Notes under the pieces: generated by a model
What the model saw: the letters and a program-made list of their open reading frames with translations, nothing else
The model's database searches: none
Told to the model about the DNA's origin: nothing
Program-made: the position numbers and the translations under genes
Assembly: GCA_048940925.1 (NCBI GenBank)
Contig: JBHLOC010000068.1
Coordinates: 1-14,932, forward strand
Source: Promethearchaeota archaeon
Lineage (GTDB): Archaea > Asgardarchaeota > Lokiarchaeia > Sigyniarchaeales > SOKP01
Length of the DNA stretch: 14,932 bases
Direction: 5' to 3'
Part shown: positions 8,054 to 14,932 of the stretch, in pieces
Layout: the number at the start of each line of letters is the position of its first letter
Position numbering within the stretch: position 1 is the stretch's first letter

Positions 8054-9328
8054 TTATGGATTCTTTAGTTTTTTCCTTATTATGAATACTACAATGGTTA
8101 TAATGCTCATTAGAAAGAATAGGTTATAGCCAGAAATTTTTAGTGTATCATCATCTCCAGATAAAAATTTTGCAATGAAAGCGTCGCGATCACCACTACC
8201 AAAACTTTTGGTATATCCAGTAATATAGATATTTCCCGAATCATCCAACACAATACTACTTCCACCATCATCATCACTCCCACCCCAGGTGAAACTACGC
8301 AAGGAATTCCCGGCATTGTCATATTTTGCGATGAACGCATCATAACCACCCGCACCAAAGCTATAGGTTCTTCCCGTAATGTAGATATTTCCCGAATCAT
8401 CTAATGTAATACCTGATCCTGGATCATAATGACTCCCTCCCCAGGTGATGTTAAACAAGGAATTCCCAGCACTGTCAAATTTTGCGATGAAAGCATCATA
8501 ATTACCCACAGCAAAGCTATTGGTATGTCCTACAATGTAGATATTTCCCGAATTATCCAACACTATATCATTCCCACTTTCAAGATTGCTTCCACCCCAT
8601 GTGATGTTGAGCAAGGAATTCCCAGCACTATCAAATTTTGCAATAAAAGCATCATAATCACCCGCACCAATACCAGAGACGCTTCCCGTAATATAGATTT
8701 TTCCTGACTCATCTAAAACAATACCATTTCCATTCCCCCCCACATCGCTACCACCCCAGGTAATGTTAAGCAATGAATTCCCAGCACTGTCATATTTTGC
8801 AATAAAAGCGTTATGACCAAAACTATCAGTCTCTCCTGTAATGTAGATATTTCCCGAATTATCCAACACTATATCATCCCCCTCATCATTATTGCTCCCG
8901 CCCCAGGTGATATTAAGCAAGGAATTCCCAGCACTATCAAATTTTGCAATAAAAGCATCATAATTACCTACAGTAAAACTAAGGGTACGTCCTGTAATGT
9001 AGATATTTCCCGAGTCATCTAATGCAATAGCATCCCCAGAATCATAATCGCTCCCGCCCCAGGTGATGTTAAGCAAGGAATTCCCAGCACTGTCATATTT
9101 TGCGATGAAAGCATCATAAAAACCCATACCAAAACTACGAGTATTTCCTGTAATATAGATATTTCCCGAGTCATCTAACACAATATCATGCCCAAAATCC
9201 CAATTGCTCCCACCCCAGGTGATATTCAAATCTGATTCATGAACACTTATGGTTGCATTGCACAAACTAGACGAAAATAAAGTGACAATAATTAGACTAC
9301 TTACGATATGTCCTTTTCTAAGAGTCAT
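8054..9328 (-). CDS. Secreted SBBP-repeat 7-bladed beta-propeller surface protein with Loki-CTERM-type anchor
   Basis: N-terminal signal-like helix; seven repeats of about 52 aa (TWGGS..D.G..I.LD.SGNIYITG.T.SF..G.YDAFIAK[YF]DSAGN); tail ISGYNLFFLMSIITIVVFIIRKKLKNP. Confidence 0.9.
   Translation of the reverse strand: MTLRKGHIVSSLIIVTLFSSSLCNATISVHESDLNITWGGSNWDFGHDIVLDDSGNIYITGNTRSFGMGFYDAFIAKYDSAGNSLLNITWGGSDYDSGDAIALDDSGNIYITGRTLSFTVGNYDAFIAKFDSAGNSLLNITWGGSNNDEGDDIVLDNSGNIYITGETDSFGHNAFIAKYDSAGNSLLNITWGGSDVGGNGNGIVLDESGKIYITGSVSGIGAGDYDAFIAKFDSAGNSLLNITWGGSNLESGNDIVLDNSGNIYIVGHTNSFAVGNYDAFIAKFDSAGNSLFNITWGGSHYDPGSGITLDDSGNIYITGRTYSFGAGGYDAFIAKYDNAGNSLRSFTWGGSDDDGGSSIVLDDSGNIYITGYTKSFGSGDRDAFIAKFLSGDDDTLKISGYNLFFLMSIITIVVFIIRKKLKNP
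8165..9220 (-). repeat. Intragenic tandem repeat, 7 units of about 156 bp
   Basis: CCCCA(G/T)GT anchor (Thr-Trp-Gly codons) recurs at 8283, 8439, 8595, 8754, 8901, 9057 and 9213; spacings 156, 156, 159, 147, 156, 156. Confidence 0.9.
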
Positions 9329-9514
9329 TGTTTAAAATAAGACAATAGTGTCTAATGTTGTTTAATGGGAAGCATCATTTTTTTTTAAATATTTTGGTTC
9401 AAACAGTATACGTTTTAAACGCTTTCCAATTTTATATCTAAACACGCATTTCCATTGTTTTTTTAAATTCTTTTTTAGTGTTGTTTTTAATGCTCTAAAT
9501 TAATAGAAAATCAA

Positions 9515-11296
9515 ATGTCTAACCTGATCGAATTAGTCTTTCTGTTTTTAGTTCTTATTCTAACGGGATTATGCATCATATATTTCATAGCTCAGAAAAG
9601 GGAGAATTCACTTGTCCTCCTAAGATATATTATCATGCTTCTTTTAGGGATCTCAGTCATCATTTTCATTATAAATTCATTACCCGTTATAACATCTGCT
9701 TCGGATCCTGAAATTTCTTCTGAAAATGTAATAATAACTAATATCCCACTTCTGTTACTCTGTTTTTCAACTGCATTGTTCATTTATTCACTAAATAATT
9801 CTGATGAAGATGTAGTAGAATTGGGCAATCCTTCAATCTTTAAATCGAGGAAAGGTACAATTAAAGTTGGCAGAGTAATGAAAGGAGAGCATAAGAAGCA
9901 CAAATTTTTTCTTTCACTTAAAGATCTGGAAAAGCACATGTTTGTTTGTGGAGCGACAGGTACAGGAAAGACAACATTTCTGCAATATTTTCTCATGAAT
10001 TTTACCAAGCATCATAATATTCCTTTTATGCTGGTAGAATTTAAGGGAGAGTACCATTTTTTACAACAGAAAATTGAAAATTTACTGATAATACGACCGG
10101 GAGAGAATTTTTCGATAAATATCTTTAATCCGGGGGACATCGCTCCAGAAGTTCATGCTGAACGAGTTTTCGATATATTAAAGAGTGGAAAGTTTTTAGA
10201 TGAGAATGCTGAGTTTAGCCCCCAAATGGAAATGGTTCTCGTTGAAATTCTAACAAAGGTATGTGGGCACAAACAATTTCAGAGTTGGAAAGGATTTTAT
10301 GATTACTGCAAGGGGTATGCGAAGAATAAAAAGGATGAGATACCAATGTTAAGTCAGACTCTCATCAGCATTACAAACAGGATTAGGCGGTTTTCCTTAG
10401 GATCTTTAAAAGCATTATTTGACACAGATCATAAAATTAAAATAGACAATATCTTCGAAAGAAATATCCTCATTGATTTGAGTTCAATTATACGATTGGG
10501 AGGAGAGAAAGAAGATGCTCTTTTCTTTTTGAATATGCTATTAAAATACTTATGGGATAAAAATCTCACACGGGGAGCGTTTAATTTTAAGGGTATAAAA
10601 CATATGACGATTGTTGAAGACACCCAATATTTTGCCCCAAAAGATCTAACACGACAAAATAAGTTGACTAGCTATTTAGAAGATATTGCTTTGCTTCAAA
10701 GAGGAACAGGAGAATGTTTAATTTCCTTAGCAACTCACCCTGATATAAGTCAAGAGATTCTGGCAAATTGTGGTGTTTTAGTATGTTTCAAAACTCACAT
10801 GGAAAAAGAAAACTTGTGTAAATTATTAAATCTTGACACAGAACATGAAGATTACCTTTCTATTTTGGAGGAAGGACAATGTTTAATTCGAACTAATTCC
10901 ATCAAGAGACCATTTCTGCTTAATGTTCCCCCTGTTAAAAGGTATTGGTTAGAAATATCAGAGATTAACAGAAATAATCAAATAATTTTAGAAAATCTTG
11001 AAAATGAAATTTTTGAGAGCTTGAAAGCACCACATTTTAAATTTATAAAGAAAATTAAGGAAAAAAGTGTTAAAAGTATGAAAAGAATAAAAAATAAAGT
11101 AAAAGGAATTAAAGAAAACCTCAAAAATAAGTTTAGCAATAAGGAAATTAATTCAATAGATCCATCCGATTTTGACCTCGAGAAAGATGATTTTAAAGAA
11201 TATGATGACATTTTTGATGAATCTGAAAAAGAGAGATTAGAATATGAGAAATTGAAAAATTATATAAATGAGCTAGCTGCAAAACAAAAAAAATAA
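9515..11296 (+). CDS. Membrane-anchored HerA/DUF87 (VirB4/VirD4/CedB-like) ATPase with 3 N-terminal TM helices and a charged C-terminal tail
   Basis: Three hydrophobic helices; DLEKHMFVCGATGTGKTT (Walker A); LVEFKGEY; MTIVEDTQ (altered Walker B); LLQRGTG; LATHP. Confidence 0.88.
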   Translation: MSNLIELVFLFLVLILTGLCIIYFIAQKRENSLVLLRYIIMLLLGISVIIFIINSLPVITSASDPEISSENVIITNIPLLLLCFSTALFIYSLNNSDEDVVELGNPSIFKSRKGTIKVGRVMKGEHKKHKFFLSLKDLEKHMFVCGATGTGKTTFLQYFLMNFTKHHNIPFMLVEFKGEYHFLQQKIENLLIIRPGENFSINIFNPGDIAPEVHAERVFDILKSGKFLDENAEFSPQMEMVLVEILTKVCGHKQFQSWKGFYDYCKGYAKNKKDEIPMLSQTLISITNRIRRFSLGSLKALFDTDHKIKIDNIFERNILIDLSSIIRLGGEKEDALFFLNMLLKYLWDKNLTRGAFNFKGIKHMTIVEDTQYFAPKDLTRQNKLTSYLEDIALLQRGTGECLISLATHPDISQEILANCGVLVCFKTHMEKENLCKLLNLDTEHEDYLSILEEGQCLIRTNSIKRPFLLNVPPVKRYWLEISEINRNNQIILENLENEIFESLKAPHFKFIKKIKEKSVKSMKRIKNKVKGIKENLKNKFSNKEINSIDPSDFDLEKDDFKEYDDIFDESEKERLEYEKLKNYINELAAKQKK

Positions 11297-11509
11297 TTTC
11301 ACTTGACTTTAGATTACCAACTTTATCTATTAAATCGGGCAATAAAGTTAATTATATATATCAACTTATCTTTTTCAGAGGTAATAGAAAATTTGGTAAA
11401 ATTGGGATAATACTTATTAAGTCACTTCTCAATATATTGGATTTTTTTTATGTCATGAGGGAAAAGTGCAAAAGTTTTAATCTTAAATTTATAAAAAGAA
11501 TGATAAAAC

Positions 11510-11887
11510 ATGACAATAAATCTTGACGGATTGTCTGAAGAACAAAAAAATAATATTTTAAGAACTTTTGAAAGTCTTAAAAGGTTCCTTCGATCTAAAT
11601 TTAAGACATTGAATTATTTTGATATAGGAAACATTATTCGTCTAGTAATTAAGAATCAAATACCTTTTAAAGCAGCTGATAAGATGGCTTCTTTATTAAA
11701 TAAAATGAAAAACAAGCGATTTCAAGACGAAAAAGATGCATATGCAACAGTCCTTAAAAAAGCAGAATTAGCTGCTGCAGCGAAACTTGCATGTGAGCAA
11801 TTAAAAATTCATGTAGAAATGAAATTCGATAGTGATATCTCGATGGATGAAATCCGAAAGTATGAGGATGAACTTGCAAACACCTAA
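11510..11887 (+). CDS. Hypothetical helical protein, 125 aa
   Basis: Intact ORF in otherwise empty space; no motif recognised. Confidence 0.7.
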   Translation: MTINLDGLSEEQKNNILRTFESLKRFLRSKFKTLNYFDIGNIIRLVIKNQIPFKAADKMASLLNKMKNKRFQDEKDAYATVLKKAELAAAAKLACEQLKIHVEMKFDSDISMDEIRKYEDELANT

Positions 11888-11907
11888 AGTATAAACTAAT
11901 ATTCTTC

Positions 11908-11970
11908 TTACACCATTAAACTTAGAGAAGACCTAAATCCAACAAGAACCCAGAAGAAAAATCCTACGTC
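11908..11970 (-). pseudogene. Orphan 3' gene end (DVGFFFWVLVGFRSSLSLMV*), a diverged copy of the end of 12687..13268
   Basis: 11912-11968 matches 12694-12750 at 53/57 nt in the same orientation and has its own TAA stop at 11910-11908. Confidence 0.85.
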
Positions 11971-12076
11971 AATAGATGTTTTTACATCCAAATTAACTGC
12001 CTAAATTCAGTTAAATCTCTTATCTTATCGAAATCTCGCATTATCCTTTAAATTTCTATTCTCTAATAAAGTTTTG

Positions 12077-12086
12077 AAAAAAAAAA
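12077..12086 (-). terminator. Oligo-T (T10) archaeal terminator candidate
   Basis: A10 on + (T10 on -), about 37 nt downstream of the 12123 stop. Confidence 0.45.
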
Positions 12087-12122
12087 GAGAAGAGTAGGTT
12101 TTAAGCTTTTTAGGTATTTGCT

Positions 12123-12497
12123 CTAATCTTCAGTTAAATACTGAGAAAAAAGAGCTATTAGGAATGTATATATTGTAGTTACAAATTGTATTGTTAGTTC
12201 CAATATATTCTCAAAATCGAAAAATCGTAAATTAATAAAAAAGATCCATAAACCTCCGCTTATTGCTGCGAGAATAATTTGTATTACTTTTTTCCTATGT
12301 AAAATTGCTATTTCAATTATCAAGGTAAGTACTATGCTAATTATTACAATGACAAGTATAGCCCATCTAGCATATATAGGGTCTTCATCGTAAAACAGTT
12401 GAAAAAATGACGAAACAGCGCCTAAGAATGAGATTACATATACAGGGACTAATTTTCCTAACCTCTTAACATTTTCTTCAAACGACAAATGAATCAT
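12123..12497 (-). CDS. Small 4-TM membrane protein
   Basis: Four hydrophobic helices; RLGKLVP..VI, Q...AISGGLW and IYTFL motifs; SD-like AGGTG directly before the ATG. Confidence 0.8.
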   Translation of the reverse strand: MIHLSFEENVKRLGKLVPVYVISFLGAVSSFFQLFYDEDPIYARWAILVIVIISIVLTLIIEIAILHRKKVIQIILAAISGGLWIFFINLRFFDFENILELTIQFVTTIYTFLIALFSQYLTED

Positions 12498-12658
12498 ACA
12501 CCTTTTTTATAATATAATGCTAAAAAAGTATCAATTAATCTAATTGATGCTTGATTTTCAACATTGGTTTTCTTTTTCGTAAATGAATTTCTTAAATATA
12601 TTCTAAAAATGAATCTTTTATAAAGTTTTACATATTTGTAAAAGATTATCAGAGATGG

Positions 12659-12690
12659 AGAGCTATAATTCTATAGAGCCGTAATTCTAT
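12659..12690. repeat. 16-bp tandem duplication at the stop codon of 12687..13268
   Basis: AGAGCTATAATTCTAT (12659-74) followed directly by AGAGCCGTAATTCTAT (12675-90), 14/16 identical. Confidence 0.7.
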
Positions 12691-13268
12691 AAAACCATTA
12701 AACTTAGAGATGTCCTAAATCCAACAAGAACCCAGAAGAAAAAACCGACGCCTAAGAATGCCATGAATTTCAATTTAGACCGTAGTATGAATTTATTAAA
12801 GAACATTAGATAAATACCTATGATTATTAAGAAAAGTGAAATTAATGAGAGGGCATTTACAAAAAAGAAAAAGGATCGTGACCAAATATCTAAACTGTGT
12901 ACATCATTCAATGAAACAGAATCGAAATCTTTCATATAACCTAACAATATTGCGGGTTCTGGTAACATTTCGAACAATTGAAATAGGGATTTTAGGAGAT
13001 CTTCTGATAAGAAGGCAAAGGCGAGAATAAAGTAGATTGCCATTCCAACTCTCCCCCTTTTTTTCACCAATTCTTCTTTTCCATGAATTTTTTCATCATA
13101 TTCGATTTCTCTGGCATTTATCAATAAAAGAGCACTGAAGATTAGAAAGAGAGAAAAGAACAAATAATTTGCATTCTTGAAGAGGATATAGAAAAAGTTG
13201 TTGAAACCATGTAGAAAAGGGATTAAGGGTTCAAAAATTTCATTGATATCAAATTCTGAGAAAAGCAT
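12687..13268 (-). CDS. Hypothetical multi-pass membrane protein (about 4 TM)
   Basis: 193-aa ORF with at least four hydrophobic helices; no family recognised. Confidence 0.8.
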   Translation of the reverse strand: MLFSEFDINEIFEPLIPFLHGFNNFFYILFKNANYLFFSLFLIFSALLLINAREIEYDEKIHGKEELVKKRGRVGMAIYFILAFAFLSEDLLKSLFQLFEMLPEPAILLGYMKDFDSVSLNDVHSLDIWSRSFFFFVNALSLISLFLIIIGIYLMFFNKFILRSKLKFMAFLGVGFFFWVLVGFRTSLSLMVL

Positions 13269-13420
13269 ATTTAGGTAAGGTGTTTCAATTGATTTATCTG
13301 ATAAATTTGATTAGACCATAAGAATATCCAAGGTTTAATATTTAAAATCAATGTATTTTAACGAAAATATCTTTATTTAAAATCTATAAAGAAAAATTTT
13401 TAATTTTTAAATCACAGCAT

Positions 13421-14317
13421 TCAAGGTTTCGGAACTGCATATAAAAATCCAGTCCTAGAACCTGAAGAATACTTATCATAAAATTCTAAATGTTCTGGTT
13501 GACGATCAAATAAGGTGAATTTCATTCCATCTAAACCTTTCTTTTTTAATCTTTTAGCTATTTCGATAACATATGCCTTCCAATACTCGAACTTATAATC
13601 TCTTGTAGCTGTAAATCGTGTATTAATAATATTATTTCTATCTGGTTCATAAGAAAAAACTGCACCAGAGGATACTAACTCATCATTTTTGTAAATAAGT
13701 ATAGTTTCAAGTTCTTTAAGTGCATCTTTAACAAAAGTTTTCACTGCTTCTTCATTTGGAAAGGTATTACTGAAGCCGGGTTCAGACATGCATAATTCAA
13801 AAAGTGCCTCCTCGTCATCAGAAGTTCCGATTTTAAATGTATAACCACTATTATCGAGGTTACTGAGGTTTGTAACATCCAAAAAGTAAGTTTTATACTC
13901 ATTTTCTATAGTACAATTGTTTTTTTTTAAAAAATCCCGTACATCCGTCCAGGAATCTTGGATTACTCCACAAACTATTTTATATTCCGGATCACGTGTA
14001 TATAGATAATTTACCATATTTTTGAACATCTCATCCTTAACTTCTTCAGGACAATCAGTTGTTGACCAAGGATATCCGATATAAACCTGTTTTGTTTCGG
14101 TCACTTTCCTTGTTTGAATATATGCAATTGGTTTATCATCATCAAATGCATATTGGACACCTTTATTATCAAAACCTTCGACCCTATATCTTTCTTTGAT
14201 CTGGTCGGCTGTTGCATTTCCAGGGGTTCCATATTTTCCAATGGCATTATTATATAAATCGGCTTGAATCTGCTCATAATCAATATCAGGTTCATAAAAC
14301 TTGTAAATAATTCCCAT
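13421..14317 (-). CDS. Hypothetical protein, probably tandem GNAT-fold (acetyltransferase-like)
   Basis: Two halves each with a GNAT-like beta-hairpin (YAFDDDKPIAYI; LIYKNDELVSSG) and a late helix (VRDFLKKN; HLEFYDKY). The acetyl-CoA motif R/QxxGxG/A is not evident. Confidence 0.55.
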   Translation of the reverse strand: MGIIYKFYEPDIDYEQIQADLYNNAIGKYGTPGNATADQIKERYRVEGFDNKGVQYAFDDDKPIAYIQTRKVTETKQVYIGYPWSTTDCPEEVKDEMFKNMVNYLYTRDPEYKIVCGVIQDSWTDVRDFLKKNNCTIENEYKTYFLDVTNLSNLDNSGYTFKIGTSDDEEALFELCMSEPGFSNTFPNEEAVKTFVKDALKELETILIYKNDELVSSGAVFSYEPDRNNIINTRFTATRDYKFEYWKAYVIEIAKRLKKKGLDGMKFTLFDRQPEHLEFYDKYSSGSRTGFLYAVPKP

Positions 14318-14479
14318 TCTTGATACATTCCTCTATTTTATTTTCATTTATTCTTGTATATTATAAATTTAACTTAGCATGCACCGTTCAAATACTTATT
14401 TATTAAAATTTCTGTGAAAAACGAATGGAAAGGGAAATTCAGTGCCTGATTTCGATGAAAATTCCTTTGAAAAAGTAAT

Positions 14480-14932
14480 CTAAGATTTCTTCAATTTTTC
14501 GCCCATTATAATTACTACAACTGATATAATGCCAAGCAGAATGAAGAGATTATATCCAGGAATTCTCTCACTGTCTTGACCATAAGTGCAAGAACCATTA
14601 TCGCTAAAAGTATTTCCTATGCAATTTTCTTCAAAAATGCAATATCTACCATTTCCTTGTAAAGTATTTCCCGAAACGATATTATAATTGCTTTCCAATA
14701 AAAATATTCCATCACCATTGTAGTTTGCAGTATTTCCTGAGATAGTGTTATAGTTACTCCAATCTAAAAATATCCCCATTCCGTTATTATTTGCAATATT
14801 TCCAGAAATAACGTTATTTTCACTACCTGATAAGTCTATCCCAAATCCGCCGTTTTCATTTGCATTATTTCCCGATACGGTGTTGTAATAACTTCCGTGT
14901 AAACCTATTCCATGAGAATTGTTATTTGCGGT
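14480..14932 (-). CDS. C-terminal part of a right-handed parallel beta-helix (NosD/CASH-type) surface protein with Loki-CTERM-type anchor; 5' end lies outside the window
   Basis: Frame open to base 14932 (TANNNSHGIGLHGSYYNTVSGNNANENGGFGIDLSGSENNVISGNIANNNGMGIFL...); about 22-aa GI.L..S..N.ISGN.AN.N repeats; tail IPGYNLFILLGIISVVVIIMGEKLKKS. Confidence 0.9.
   Translation of the reverse strand, partial: TANNNSHGIGLHGSYYNTVSGNNANENGGFGIDLSGSENNVISGNIANNNGMGIFLDWSNYNTISGNTANYNGDGIFLLESNYNIVSGNTLQGNGRYCIFEENCIGNTFSDNGSCTYGQDSERIPGYNLFILLGIISVVVIIMGEKLKKS

Noticed and set aside
8165-9220. Regular repeats as a CRISPR array
   Set aside because: Unit lengths are multiples of 3 (147-159 bp) inside one ORF and encode propeller blades; no unique spacers or cas genes.
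9340-9421. Short inverted repeats AGACA-ATAG-TGTCT and CGTTT-T-AAACG in the divergent promoter region
   Set aside because: 5-bp arms are expected by chance in AT-rich DNA.
531-11211. ORFs antisense to or nested in longer genes (531..719, 1019..1357, 3148..3333, 4719..4994, 5295..5621, 7295..7525, 7786..7968, 8140..8400, 8429..8707, 8813..9022, 9592..9783, 9784..10008, 10429..10623, 10978..11211)
   Set aside because: Shadow frames of well-supported genes with no independent motifs.
11908-12750. 57-bp repeat pair as a diversity-generating retroelement TR/VR pair
   Set aside because: Mismatches are not confined to adenines of one copy (A/C and A/T, but also T/A twice), they are synonymous or conservative, and no reverse transcriptase is in the window.
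12836-14328. ORFs 12836..13030 (+) and 14101..14328 (-)
   Set aside because: They overlap longer, better-supported genes in another strand or frame.

Overview
AT-rich archaeal DNA, most likely Lokiarchaeia (Asgard archaea), judged from two proteins ending in a Loki-CTERM-type sorting tail (I[P/S]GYNLF-hydrophobic helix-basic end). It looks like an accessory, mosaic region; I recognised no housekeeping gene, RNA gene, CRISPR array, integrase or transposase. It holds two different HerA/DUF87 (FtsK-HerA/VirB4 superfamily) ATPases, one soluble and one membrane-anchored with altered motifs. Between them lie two zinc-ribbon membrane proteins, a single-HKD PLD-family protein with a TPR fragment at its N-terminus, a minus-strand block (2-TM protein, translationally coupled stand-alone prokaryotic YEATS protein, then a subtilisin S8 protease with a CFI-box-CTERM tail), and a 7-bladed SBBP beta-propeller surface protein. 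The best candidate for an undescribed system is the 2TM-YEATS-S8 block. Not visible in the ORF track: (i) the protease frame stays open 87 codons further upstream and is headed by ATG-TGA; (ii) a diverged 57-bp copy of one gene's 3' end brackets a 782-bp unit containing a single gene; (iii) the last ORF is the tail of a longer beta-helix protein running off the window. All family calls come from motif recognition by eye; no searches were run.
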